DNA from: a virus
Lineage: Duplodnaviria > Caudoviricetes
Virus record (IMG/VR): IMGVR_UViG_3300025635_000077
Coordinates: 1 to 36,777 of that record
DNA length: 36,777 nucleotides
Strand: one strand, 5' to 3'
Part shown: one piece after another, positions 1 to 9,519 of the stretch
Layout: every line of letters begins with the position of its first letter
Position numbering within the stretch: position 1 is the stretch's first letter
The notes under the pieces: generated by a model
The model's database searches: none
Told to the model about the DNA's origin: nothing
Seen by the model: only the letters and a program-made list of their open reading frames with translations
Made by a program: the position numbers and the translations under genes

Positions 1-18
1 TACGGCCCGCGCTTTGGG

Positions 19-567
19 ATGCCGATTGACCCTTACATGGCCCCGCCCATGGCGGATGTGCAGTTCAGGGGCGGTCCTAAGCAAGGCCCCTTGTCACAGC
101 AGGGCGGCGGCTCGATGGCGTCCGGCACGATGCAGGGGCCGCAGCAGCAGGGCGGTGGTGGTTTAGGATTGGGCGATGCGGCTGGCGCGGCTGGCTTGCT
201 GTCCAAGATCGGCGGCCCGCAAGCAACGTCCGTCATGGACCCTGGCTTTGTATCGCAGGCCGCGCAATGGCCGTCCCTCGGCGGCGCTGGCGCATGGCCG
301 GAAATGGCGATGAGCGCGGGCGGTGGCGGCGGTGGCTTGCTTGGCTCGTTGGGTGGTGTCGCGGGTGGAATGACCGGAGCGGACCTAGGCCCGATGGCCG
401 ATCTTGGAATCGAGGCGGCGGGCGCTGCGGGTGGGGCTAATCCCCTCGCGCTGTCCAATCCGGCAACAGCGGCGCTGGCTGCGCCTGGGTTGCTCAATAT
501 GGTCGGCGTCAACGTGCCCAACCCGTTTAGTTGGCTGACCGATACGATTGGCGGCTGGTTCAAATAA
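19..567 (+). CDS. Gly-rich putative virion/ejection-associated protein
   Basis: 182 aa, G/A/Q-rich with GGGLL motifs; abuts the next gene; lies in the tail/ejection operon. Confidence 0.6.
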   Translation: MPIDPYMAPPMADVQFRGGPKQGPLSQQGGGSMASGTMQGPQQQGGGGLGLGDAAGAAGLLSKIGGPQATSVMDPGFVSQAAQWPSLGGAGAWPEMAMSAGGGGGGLLGSLGGVAGGMTGADLGPMADLGIEAAGAAGGANPLALSNPATAALAAPGLLNMVGVNVPNPFSWLTDTIGGWFK

Positions 568-978
568 GTGTTGGTTCCCGTCCCCGCCGAACAGGTGGAT
601 GACTGGTGGGACAGGGTAGAACCGGAGCTTGAAAGGGCTATCAAGCGCGGCGGTCGATACACCTCCGAATCAATCAAGCGGGCGCTTCTCGCTCGTGAGA
701 TGCAGCTTTGGCTTGCCGTTGAAGATGGCGCGCTTTTGTGCGCGTGCGTCACTGAGATTTTGACCTACCCCACGGCGAAAGTTGGAAACGTGTTCCTTGC
801 GGCGGGCAGGGATTACGCGAAGTGGGCGCATTACATGCTCGACATTGAAAAATGGGCGAAGGCCAACGGTTGCGACCGGATGGAAACGCTCGTCCGCCCC
901 GGTTTTTTCCGGGTGCTGCGGAAGATCATCAAGGATTTGAAAGTGCCGCATTTACATTTGGAGTGGAAAATTGGCTAA
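568..978 (+). CDS. GNAT-fold virion assembly protein (P22 gp14-like)
   Basis: C-terminal 'IEKWAKANGCDRMETLVRPGF' is typical of the acetyltransferase-like gene found before ejection genes in P22-like phages. Confidence 0.7.
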   Translation: MLVPVPAEQVDDWWDRVEPELERAIKRGGRYTSESIKRALLAREMQLWLAVEDGALLCACVTEILTYPTAKVGNVFLAAGRDYAKWAHYMLDIEKWAKANGCDRMETLVRPGFFRVLRKIIKDLKVPHLHLEWKIG

Positions 979-1297
979 GGGCAATATTCCGGCAGGACAG
1001 GGGGGCGGAGCGGGCGTTGCTCGCTTCCTCGCCAATCCCGCGTCGTTCTATCAGATGGGCCAGCCGTCGTATTACACGCCCGGTTCTTATTCTCCGACTC
1101 CGAACTACGTCCCCACCAAGAAGGGCGCGAACAATCAAGATCCCGTTCCGGTGACGGCAGGGCCTTCGACTAACACGCCCTCGGCTCCTGTGATGGGACA
1201 ACCCAACATCAGCGCGCCTGTTGGTTCTTACGAATGGTGGACGGCGTATAATCCGGGCGCTGACTACTCGCGCCACTTTGGCGGCGGGGGCCGGTAA
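971..1297 (+). CDS. hypothetical protein
   Basis: TTG start overlaps the previous stop and its TAA overlaps the next ATG; Y/P-rich. Confidence 0.55.
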   Translation: MAKGNIPAGQGGGAGVARFLANPASFYQMGQPSYYTPGSYSPTPNYVPTKKGANNQDPVPVTAGPSTNTPSAPVMGQPNISAPVGSYEWWTAYNPGADYSRHFGGGGR

Positions 1298-2157
1298 TGG
1301 GCAAATCTAGCGGCGGCGGTGGCGGCGGCTCGACTCAGACTCAGACGGTCACGAAGGCCGATCCCTGGTCGGAACAGCAGCCGTATCTCAAATACGGTTT
1401 CCAGCAAGCGCAGGACATTTATCAGAAGGGCGCGCCGGGATATTACCCCGGCCAGACCATCGCTCCGTTTGCGCCCGAAACCAACGCGGCCCTGGACGCG
1501 CAGACCAATCGCGCTGTCAACGGTTCTCCGTTGATGACCTCGGCGCAGAATCAGTTGGCCGATACCATGTCGGGCAAGTATCTCGACATTAATACCAATC
1601 CTTACCTCATGCCGATGGCGGATCAAATCCGGGCGGACGTGCAGCCTGGGATTGAGTCTCGTTTCGCTGGCTCCGGTCGCCTTAACTCCGGCCTTGCCTC
1701 CCGTGCGGTGGGTATGGGCGTTACCGACGCCCTGTCATCGAAGGCGATGGAAAATTACAACACCGAACGCGGGCGGCAGATGCAGGGCATGTTGTTTGCC
1801 CCGTCGCTTGCTAACGCCGATTACAACGATATCAGCAAACTTGCCGACGTTGGCGCGCAGCGTGAAGGCATGGCGCAGGCTGGAATCAATGCGGACGTTG
1901 CCAAGTATAACTATGACGCGAACGCTCCGAACAACTGGCTCGCTCAGTTTATGAACATCGTGCAGGGCCAGTACGGCGGCACGGGAACCAGCACGCAAAG
2001 CACGCCCTACTATCAGAACCGCCTCGCCTCCGGTGCGGGTGGTGCCGTGGGTGGCGGCCTGTTGGGTGCATCCGCCGCTGGCTCGCTCGGCATTGATCCC
2101 GCTATCGCCGCCCTTGTCGGTGGCGGCGGTGGTGGCCTCTTGGGGTACTTCGGCTAA
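1297..2157 (+). CDS. DNA ejection/pilot protein (gp7-like)
   Basis: Begins MGKSSGGGGG...TQTQT..DPW.EQQPYL and ends in a Gly-rich hydrophobic tail; first of three coupled ejection-type genes. Confidence 0.7.
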   Translation: MGKSSGGGGGGSTQTQTVTKADPWSEQQPYLKYGFQQAQDIYQKGAPGYYPGQTIAPFAPETNAALDAQTNRAVNGSPLMTSAQNQLADTMSGKYLDINTNPYLMPMADQIRADVQPGIESRFAGSGRLNSGLASRAVGMGVTDALSSKAMENYNTERGRQMQGMLFAPSLANADYNDISKLADVGAQREGMAQAGINADVAKYNYDANAPNNWLAQFMNIVQGQYGGTGTSTQSTPYYQNRLASGAGGAVGGGLLGASAAGSLGIDPAIAALVGGGGGGLLGYFG

Positions 2158-3791
2158 TGGCTGGCTTGCTGGACGACTGGATTAATCAGCAGCAGCCGAT
2201 GGCTGGCGGGTTGCTGAATGTGGACGACATGAAGCGCGCACAGCAGGCGGGCCTTTACGGCGGCCTGGGGCGCGTTGCCGAAGCACTAATGGCCGCAGGC
2301 GCACCTTCGCGCACGCCAGGCGGTGGGTTTGGCTCGGCCTTCGCTGCGTTCCCTGGTGGATATGCCCAGGCGAAGGGCGATTCGATGAACTCCGCCATGA
2401 AGCAGAAAATCGCAGGGCAACAGTTTGAAAAGAACGCGCTCGATCTCCAGGCCGAACGTAATTGGGCGAAACTCTCGGACACCGGAACTGGCTTTGCGTC
2501 CGGCACTCCGCAGCCAAACGGGGAAGTTGTCTCCCCCGCTGGGGTGACTCAGCCCCCAGGCGGAAACCCGACCGGGATTCCCGGCGTGCCGCCTAGCATT
2601 ATGAAGGTTGCGGGAAGCCTGGGCCGTGTAAAGGGCGGCGATCTAATCGCTCAATACATGATGCGCGACGAGGACCCGAGCAAGTTCCTAAAGTTTGAGT
2701 CCGGCAACATCTACAATATGAAGATGCTGGACGAGAACGGCGCGCCGAAACTAGTTGGCCGTTATGACGCACAGGCCCCGTGGCAGTACCAAAGCGGCAC
2801 GAATGGCGAGATCGGCGTCCGGCCCGGTGCCCTGCCTGCAATGGGTCAGGTGAATTTCACCGAGTCCTTTAATAAGTCCATGGGCGAGGCCCCGTGGAAG
2901 GTTGTTCCCATGCAACCGGGCGGCGGCGCAATCCAGCCCTTCGGCAATATGGACATTCCGCCATGGGCCTACCCAGGCGGCAAGCCCCAGACAGGTGCCC
3001 CCGGTAAGATGGGGGCGCTAGAGGGCATTTCTGGTAACGACACTCTCTTGGGCGGCCCAAAGGGGGACGCGCTCCAGGCCCCTCCCGCAATGCCCATGAG
3101 CCGTACACTTGTAGCCCCGAACAAAAACCCTCCCGGCACCGCTGAAAACGAATACACGAAGGGCATGGGCGGGGCGTTCGCCAAAGAACACTCGACGTTT
3201 ATCGAAACCGGCAATAGGGCCGCCGATCAGTTGGGCTATTTGCAGCAGTTGAACGGCCTCCGGGATTTGGCGAATCAGGCCGGGGATGACGTTAACAAGC
3301 TGGCCCCGCTAAAAATGCGCGCCCTTGCCTATGCCGACGCGCTTGGCGTTGACCTTGGGCAAAGCAAGGACTCCCTAGGAGCCTTCCAGGCCATTGACGC
3401 GGTTTCAAAACGGCTGGTTGTCCAAAACATCGGCGCTGGCGGTATGCCCGCGAACAACTTTAGCGAGGCGGATCGCAAATTCATTACCGAGATGGAACAG
3501 GGCCTGACCGATTCCGGCATGGGGTGGGAGCTAAAGGCGGCGCTCTCCGAAAAGGTTTTGCGCCGTAAAATGGAAGTCGGGAACAAAGTCACGGAAATGT
3601 TCCAAGACGGAGCTGGTCCCGCCGATATTCAAAAGGCCGTTTCGGCTATCAAATCTCAGCCGATTGTTACGCCGCAAGAGATTAACGGCTTTAAGATGAA
3701 GGCCGCTCAAGCCATCAGGGCGGACTTGGATTCCGGCGCGATCTCGCGCGAACAGGCGGAAACTCGCCTCAAGAAAATGGGATTTAAATAA
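2157..3791 (+). CDS. DNA ejection protein (gp20-like position)
   Basis: 544 aa, MAGLLD N-terminus, TAATG coupling at both ends, expected synteny. Confidence 0.65.
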   Translation: MAGLLDDWINQQQPMAGGLLNVDDMKRAQQAGLYGGLGRVAEALMAAGAPSRTPGGGFGSAFAAFPGGYAQAKGDSMNSAMKQKIAGQQFEKNALDLQAERNWAKLSDTGTGFASGTPQPNGEVVSPAGVTQPPGGNPTGIPGVPPSIMKVAGSLGRVKGGDLIAQYMMRDEDPSKFLKFESGNIYNMKMLDENGAPKLVGRYDAQAPWQYQSGTNGEIGVRPGALPAMGQVNFTESFNKSMGEAPWKVVPMQPGGGAIQPFGNMDIPPWAYPGGKPQTGAPGKMGALEGISGNDTLLGGPKGDALQAPPAMPMSRTLVAPNKNPPGTAENEYTKGMGGAFAKEHSTFIETGNRAADQLGYLQQLNGLRDLANQAGDDVNKLAPLKMRALAYADALGVDLGQSKDSLGAFQAIDAVSKRLVVQNIGAGGMPANNFSEADRKFITEMEQGLTDSGMGWELKAALSEKVLRRKMEVGNKVTEMFQDGAGPADIQKAVSAIKSQPIVTPQEINGFKMKAAQAIRADLDSGAISREQAETRLKKMGFK

Positions 3792-5905
3792 TGGCCGAAC
3801 TGCCATCCATTAAGGATGTGCTGAGCGGCCCCATGCCGACCGTGCCAGCGCCCCAGGCCGCCACGGACCAGCCCGCCGCCATGTTGCCGTCGATTGGCAG
3901 CGTCTTGGGCGGCCAGGAAATGCGCTCCGCCACACCGGACGAACAGCGCGGCCTTTCAAACGGTTGGGACCGCAAGCCGATTGTTTCCGACTCCCCCGAT
4001 ACGAGCGCGTCCTTTGGCGCAACAATCAGATCGTCCCTCCATCCGGACGTTAAAAAGCAAATCCTCCAACTTTCAAAGGATATGAACATCCCCGCCGAAC
4101 GGTTCGGCGTTGTGGATGGGAATATCGTCTATCAGACGAACGACGGAAAACTCGCCCGCGCTACGCCCTCAATCGCGGGATCGGAAGGGGTTGTTGATTT
4201 CTTCCGCCGCCTTGGCGCGAACATCGGCGCGAATGTTGGGCCGACTGCGCCACAAGTTGCCGGAGGGGCGGCGGGGTTGGTGACCGGCCCGACGCTGACC
4301 AGCCCGTTGTGGGCCGGTGGCGCTGCGGCTGTTACGGACGTTGGGCGGCAGGCGCTTGGTAACTATTTGCTTGATAGCCCCATTGGCGACATTAACTTTG
4401 CCAATTCAGCGGGGCAGGCGGCCCTTGCGGGCGGCAGTCAGGCGCTTTCCGTTGCCGGTAATAAGTTGCTGACCAGCAACCCGCTAGAAGTGTCGTATGT
4501 GGACAAGAAGAATCTGACGCCCGCGCAGATCGCGCAAGCGCAGCAATTGTCAACCGACGCGCGCGGGTTGGGCGTTGATATGACGACGGGGCAGGCGTCC
4601 GGGATGAGAAGCCAGCTTGTAAACGAGCGGCAGCTAGGGCGCGATCCCGCGTCGATGGATATTATGTCCGACTTCTACAATAAGCAGCGCGGGCAAGTCT
4701 CGTCCGCCGTTGGTAACTTCGCGGACAACCTTTCCCCGGTTCAATCCACGCAGCAGGGTGTAAATCAGTTCCGAGAGGGCGCGGATAAGGCCGTTAAAGC
4801 GGCGGTGAACGAGCGCGCCAAGGCTGCAGGCCCCGCCTATAAGGCAGTTGTTAATGAAAACAACGTCATGGCGGACGCTGACCGCCAGGCGCTTATGAGC
4901 GATCCGCTTATCGAAGATGCGTTCCAGTATGTTCGCGGGAATAAGGCATATGCCCGCGCTATTAAAGACATGCCGGATGGCGCGCTCCCTGTTTGGGATT
5001 TAGTTAAGCGTCGTCTAGACGATGTGCGTAACAAGGCATTAAGGGCGGGCGAAAACACCGAGGCGGGCCTTGTTAAGGGCGCGCTCGATGATCTAAAGGG
5101 AAAGCTAGATACCCTATTCCCCGCCTATCCGGTTGCCCGCGATACGTTCGCTAAATACTCGCCCGCCGTCACCGCGCTGGAAAACGGCCCCGCCGGTCTG
5201 TTCGCCTCGAAAGAGGGAATTGAGAAGGCGGCGGAACTCAAGGCCATGTTCGGGGCGAATAACATCACCCCTGATGCCGTAGCGCAGACGCGCGCCGCAT
5301 ACTTTAAGGCCGGTCGCATTGACGACTGGAACGCTGGCCTTGCAACCCATATCAAAAACTCGATGGACGAGGCCGGGGGATCGCCGTCAAAACTTCTCGG
5401 CAAAGTGTACGGATCGGAATACGACACGCGCGCCCGCGAGATTATGAAATCGGCCATGACGCCTGAGCAATTCGGCGGGTTTCAAAAGCTGATGGAAGTT
5501 TTGGAGGGTGTTGCCAAGACTTTGCCGGAAGGCTCGGCAACGGCGACTGACGCCGCTGGTGGTCAGGCGTTGCGTCAATCCGTCCAGGGCGTGAAGGGGC
5601 AGGCATCTCGCATTGCGGGACACCTGTTCTCCCCCCGCGTTGTGGACACGGTGGGCGTGGCGATGGATGCGTGGCGTTCTAAGTTGAGCAACGACGGCAT
5701 GGAGAAACTTGCCATTGCCGTTACCGACCCGAACAACGTCGGGTTGCTCAAGAAGATTCGGATGATGAACCCGCGCAGCGAACAGGCGCTAACGCTGGTC
5801 TCCAATATGTTGGGACTTACGGCGACCGATCAGGCTGCGAGAGGTCTGTCGGATCGAGGTCTCCGAACACCGCGCGATATGCCCGTTGGCGGCGTTTCTC
5901 CTTGA
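3791..5905 (+). CDS. large DNA ejection protein (gp16-like position)
   Basis: 704 aa, Ala-rich and helical with Gly/Ala hydrophobic segments; last of the ejection genes. Confidence 0.65.
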   Translation: MAELPSIKDVLSGPMPTVPAPQAATDQPAAMLPSIGSVLGGQEMRSATPDEQRGLSNGWDRKPIVSDSPDTSASFGATIRSSLHPDVKKQILQLSKDMNIPAERFGVVDGNIVYQTNDGKLARATPSIAGSEGVVDFFRRLGANIGANVGPTAPQVAGGAAGLVTGPTLTSPLWAGGAAAVTDVGRQALGNYLLDSPIGDINFANSAGQAALAGGSQALSVAGNKLLTSNPLEVSYVDKKNLTPAQIAQAQQLSTDARGLGVDMTTGQASGMRSQLVNERQLGRDPASMDIMSDFYNKQRGQVSSAVGNFADNLSPVQSTQQGVNQFREGADKAVKAAVNERAKAAGPAYKAVVNENNVMADADRQALMSDPLIEDAFQYVRGNKAYARAIKDMPDGALPVWDLVKRRLDDVRNKALRAGENTEAGLVKGALDDLKGKLDTLFPAYPVARDTFAKYSPAVTALENGPAGLFASKEGIEKAAELKAMFGANNITPDAVAQTRAAYFKAGRIDDWNAGLATHIKNSMDEAGGSPSKLLGKVYGSEYDTRAREIMKSAMTPEQFGGFQKLMEVLEGVAKTLPEGSATATDAAGGQALRQSVQGVKGQASRIAGHLFSPRVVDTVGVAMDAWRSKLSNDGMEKLAIAVTDPNNVGLLKKIRMMNPRSEQALTLVSNMLGLTATDQAARGLSDRGLRTPRDMPVGGVSP

Positions 5906-6086
5906 GCCATCCGATCATGTCAAAGATCGCCGCAAGCGGGATGAACATCACATAGAGGGTCACAATCTTGATGACCGCGCCGTGCGTTTCAATCGGGCTT
6001 TCGCCATTGATCCAGTCTAGAGCCAGAAAAATGGCGAACAGGCCAAGGCCCCATAAAAGGGCCGATTTAACGTAATTCCATTGCAT
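5817..6086 (-). CDS. small two-TM membrane protein (moron; possible superinfection exclusion)
   Basis: Two hydrophobic helices, antisense to the late operon. Extended -10 (TGgTAGGAT) sits 6 nt before the ATG. Position matches P22 sieA. Confidence 0.6.
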   Translation of the reverse strand: MQWNYVKSALLWGLGLFAIFLALDWINGESPIETHGAVIKIVTLYVMFIPLAAIFDMIGWLKEKRRQRAYRAVFGDLDPTDLSQPDRSP

Positions 6087-6102
6087 ACCCCAATCCTACC
6101 AC

Positions 6103-6131
6103 AAGCCCCGCCCCTCCCGGTGGGGTTTTTT
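6103..6131 (+). terminator. Rho-independent terminator after ejection genes
   Basis: AAGCCCCGCC-cctccc-GGTGGGGTTT hairpin running into a T-run. Confidence 0.65.
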
Positions 6132-6157
6132 AATGCCTTGATTTCAAAAGGGAAATA

Positions 6158-7171
6158 ATGACCTCGATTTACGGCTATAGCGCCACCGCCGCTAGTAACA
6201 ACTCAGCCGCCCCGGATGGCGCGCCTGAAGGTATGGCTGCGAGCGGCGTGAACGACACGATCCGCAAGGTCATGGCGAACCTTGCCGAATTTGCTATTGC
6301 CCAGGTGGCCGGTGGAACGGCGGACGCTCTTACGCTTACTCCGACGAACACCCTGGCCGCGTATGTGGACGGGATGCAAGTCCACTTTAGGGCTGCGGCT
6401 GCAAATGCAACCACGACGCCCACGCTTGCGATCAGCGGGTTGACTGCGCGAACCATTGTTAAGAATGGCGGCTCCGCTCTTGTGGCGGGTGATATTGCCG
6501 GGGCGCTGGCGGAATACATCGTCCGCTATAACCTCGCCAACACGCGATGGGAGCTACTTAATCCCAAGGTGGTTGCGGACACTTCGACCTTCTCGGATTC
6601 CGCGTTCACCGTCCAAGACAACGGCGATGCGACGAAGCAACTACAGTTCCAGGTTTCCGGCGTCACCACGGGCACCACGCGGACGCTGACCATTCCCAAC
6701 CTAAGCGGCACCATTGGGATTCAGCGCAACCGCGCTTACGGCTCCTATACGACCAACGCCGATCTTTCCACGGTGATGGTTTACGACGACACCATTCCGC
6801 AAAGCAGCGAGGGGACGCAAGTTCTTAGCGTTTCCATCACGACGCAAAGCGCGTCCAGCCGCGTCAGGATTTCTTATGCGGCGTGGGGGACGCTAACTAA
6901 CGGCAGCGATACTCTTATGTCCGCCGTGTTCCGCGACAGCGCGACAGACGCCCTGCAAGATAGCGTGTTCGCTGGCCCGATCACCTATACGACCGGCGTT
7001 CTTTCGTCTGTCTCCCTCGTATTTGAGGACGCGCCGGGAAGCGTCGGGACGTTCGCTTATAAATTGCGAATTGGCGCAACCAGCACATGCCGCCTTAACG
7101 GTGGACTCGCGGGGCGTAAGTTCGGCGGTGCGTCTGCGGCGACATTGGTTCTTGAGGAACTTCTGCCTTAA
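6158..7171 (+). CDS. tail fibre / receptor-binding protein
   Basis: 337 aa, T/A/G/S-rich with beta-strand pattern; N-terminal 'GAPEGMAASGVNDTIR' anchor; RBS upstream; expected position. Confidence 0.75.
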   Translation: MTSIYGYSATAASNNSAAPDGAPEGMAASGVNDTIRKVMANLAEFAIAQVAGGTADALTLTPTNTLAAYVDGMQVHFRAAAANATTTPTLAISGLTARTIVKNGGSALVAGDIAGALAEYIVRYNLANTRWELLNPKVVADTSTFSDSAFTVQDNGDATKQLQFQVSGVTTGTTRTLTIPNLSGTIGIQRNRAYGSYTTNADLSTVMVYDDTIPQSSEGTQVLSVSITTQSASSRVRISYAAWGTLTNGSDTLMSAVFRDSATDALQDSVFAGPITYTTGVLSSVSLVFEDAPGSVGTFAYKLRIGATSTCRLNGGLAGRKFGGASAATLVLEELLP

Positions 7172-7347
7172 TGCCGGTCTATAGCGTCCGCCGCGCTTGG
7201 TACGCCAACTCACAGCACACCGCCGCCATCATAGACACGGTGGAAGATTCAACGGTTCTGCTAGGGAAAAAAGATACGCCGCAAGCGTGGGAGATTCTTC
7301 ACGAAAGCGGCATCCCGATAGCGCCCTATAGCCCGCCCAAGGAATGA
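7171..7347 (+). CDS. putative tail fibre assembly chaperone (58 aa, not in ORF track)
   Basis: Hand translation: MPVYSVRRAWYANSQHTAAIIDTVEDSTVLLGKKDTPQAWEILHESGIPIAPYSPPKE. Coupled at both ends; has an IAPYxPP motif. Confidence 0.55.
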   Translation: MPVYSVRRAWYANSQHTAAIIDTVEDSTVLLGKKDTPQAWEILHESGIPIAPYSPPKE

Positions 7348-7790
7348 TCGCGGTTCTCGTTTCCACGCTTCTCTATCGTATCCCAAGGGGCGGCCCCGGT
7401 TCTGACGTTTGGCGTAGGTGGGTTGGGTTTTCTCCCGGCTCGCAAGTCTCGTCCGTCGTATGGGCGGCTATTTCGTCCGTTCTGATCGTCCTTACATCCT
7501 CCGCCCCTTACTGGCTCATCGCCCCGTTCTTTCTCGCCATGTGGGCGGGGGAGAAAGTTCCTTATATGCGCTTTGCCACCGGACCAACGCCTAACTATTT
7601 CATGGCGTCCGTCTGTGGCGTTGCGCTGCTGAATCCGCTCCTTGGCCCAATTTACTGGCTCGCTCGAAAAGGCGAAGGCCGCGTTCCCAAGTTCGGCCCC
7701 CTGATCGACGGTTGGACGGCCTACGCGGAGTTGGCGTGTGGGTTGGTCACCGCGATTTCATACACAGTTTTAGCAAGGCTTATTGCATGA
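7344..7790 (+). CDS. multi-pass membrane protein
   Basis: Several hydrophobic segments; ATGA overlaps at both ends. Confidence 0.65.
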   Translation: MIAVLVSTLLYRIPRGGPGSDVWRRWVGFSPGSQVSSVVWAAISSVLIVLTSSAPYWLIAPFFLAMWAGEKVPYMRFATGPTPNYFMASVCGVALLNPLLGPIYWLARKGEGRVPKFGPLIDGWTAYAELACGLVTAISYTVLARLIA

Positions 7791-8086
7791 CCCGCTTTAG
7801 CGCGTGCCTGCTGGCGTTTCTTTTGTGCTGGCCCGCTTACGCAAAGGCCGCCGATCTCACCATCGGGCTGGATTGCCACCCCGCCGAGTTGGTCAAGAAA
7901 ACAATCCGAGCCGGTGAGATTAAGCCCATCGCGTTCGGCATGAACGCGGACGGGGAATTAGTGATCGTGTTTGAGGTAGCGAGCGGGGGCTACTGGATGG
8001 GCCTGGTTATCGAGAACGGCGCGCGGGTTTGCGGGTTGTCTGCGGGGCCGGAATGGCAGGCCATGATACCGGGCCAGCCAACGTGA
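7787..8086 (+). CDS. secreted hypothetical protein
   Basis: Signal-peptide-like start MTRFSACLLAFLLCWPAYA; ATGA coupling. Confidence 0.6.
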   Translation: MTRFSACLLAFLLCWPAYAKAADLTIGLDCHPAELVKKTIRAGEIKPIAFGMNADGELVIVFEVASGGYWMGLVIENGARVCGLSAGPEWQAMIPGQPT

Positions 8087-8343
8087 CCAGTGAAGAAAAA
8101 GTCCGCCAGATCGTGCGTGAGACGGTGCGCGAAACCCTGACCAGCATCGGGATCAACGTCATAGATTCCGATGCGGCGATTGAGGTTCAAAAGGATCAGG
8201 CGTGGCTGCGTAAGGCGCGCGTTAATTACGACGAGTTCGGGAAAAAGGCGAAACTGGCAATGATCGGTTCGGGTGGCACCTTGGCCGCCTGGGCTTTGTG
8301 GGAGGGTATCAAGGCCGCGTGGCGCGTTAAGGGCGGCGGCTGA
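8083..8343 (+). CDS. small protein with C-terminal TM (holin/antiholin-like)
   Basis: GTG start overlaps the previous stop; helical N-terminus followed by one hydrophobic helix. Confidence 0.55.
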   Translation: MTSEEKVRQIVRETVRETLTSIGINVIDSDAAIEVQKDQAWLRKARVNYDEFGKKAKLAMIGSGGTLAAWALWEGIKAAWRVKGGG

Positions 8344-9519
8344 GTGGTAGGCCCCGATCCGACGCTCAAAGATTACGCCACCGAACAACAATGGAAAATT
8401 CTAGAAGCAATATCGACCCACGGAAGCGGTAGGGCCGCCGCCGCCCACCTGGGGCTTAACGAGTCCTCCGTCCGGAGGGCACAGAAGGCGGTGCTGACAA
8501 AGGCCGCGAGGCAGGGGTATTCCCCGGCCCACGATATGACGCGCGCGGTCCCGGATGGTTTCCGCATCAAGGGAACCTCTACGCTTTACGACCAAGACGG
8601 CGAGAAGCGCCTCCAGTGGGTCAAAACGTCGGTCGATTGGGACCGGCAGATTGAGATTTTTAAAGAGGCCGTTGCGGCTCTAACGGTTGGGCTTCCGAGG
8701 GTCGATCCGATCCCGGCCCCCGCGAGCGTTGCCGAGCATCTAGCGTGCGCCTACCCGGTGGGCGATCACCATTTCGGCATGTTGGCGTGGCACGAAGAAA
8801 CCGGCGCGGATTACGACCTAGACATAGGCGAGCGCCTTCTAACGTCCGCAATGGACGCGCTTGTATCGGCTTCTCCCAAGGCATCCGTTGGCGTCGTCTG
8901 TCTCCTGGGCGACTTTCTCCATTACGATTCATTTGAGGCTGTAACCCCGGCTCATAAAAATCTGCTCGACGCCGATAGTCGGTTCCCCAAGATGGTCCGG
9001 GCGGCGATCAAGTCGGTTCGCTACATGGTGCAGGCCGCGCTAACCCGTCACGCGCAAGTCCACGTCATTGTCCAAATCGGCAACCACGACCCCTCCAGCG
9101 CCATCTTCCTGACCGAGTGCTTGTATTCGATTTACGAGAACGAGCCGCGCGTCACGGTTGATCGCTCTCCATCGCAATTCCATTACTGGCGCTTTGGCAA
9201 TAACTTGGTTGGCGTCTATCACGGCCACGGCGTCAAGCTAGACAAGCTGCCCCTCTTGATGGCCTCCGACCGCGCGAAGGATTGGGGCGAGACGGAATAC
9301 CGCTACTGGTGGACCGGCCACGTTCACCACGATCAGGTCAAGGATTTCAACGGAGTGAGATGCGAGTCGTTCCGCATCCTTCCCCCCGCCGACGCCTACG
9401 CCGCCAACCTCGGATACCGAACCGGGCGGGACATGAAATGTATCGTCCTGCATCGGGAATATGGCGAAGTGGCGAGACACATCGTTAACCCTGCAATGTT
9501 AGAGGCTGGTGGTAAATGA
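8344..9519 (+). CDS. calcineurin-like metallophosphoesterase with N-terminal HTH
   Basis: Motifs GDHHFG, LGDFLH, GNHD, HGH, GHVHH; N-terminal HTH 'SGRAAAAHLGLNESSVRR'. Confidence 0.85.
   Translation: MVGPDPTLKDYATEQQWKILEAISTHGSGRAAAAHLGLNESSVRRAQKAVLTKAARQGYSPAHDMTRAVPDGFRIKGTSTLYDQDGEKRLQWVKTSVDWDRQIEIFKEAVAALTVGLPRVDPIPAPASVAEHLACAYPVGDHHFGMLAWHEETGADYDLDIGERLLTSAMDALVSASPKASVGVVCLLGDFLHYDSFEAVTPAHKNLLDADSRFPKMVRAAIKSVRYMVQAALTRHAQVHVIVQIGNHDPSSAIFLTECLYSIYENEPRVTVDRSPSQFHYWRFGNNLVGVYHGHGVKLDKLPLLMASDRAKDWGETEYRYWWTGHVHHDQVKDFNGVRCESFRILPPADAYAANLGYRTGRDMKCIVLHREYGEVARHIVNPAMLEAGGK

Noticed and set aside
6158-7347. Diversity-generating retroelement or invertible tail-fibre cassette
   Set aside because: No reverse transcriptase, invertase or second copy of the fibre 3' end was seen.
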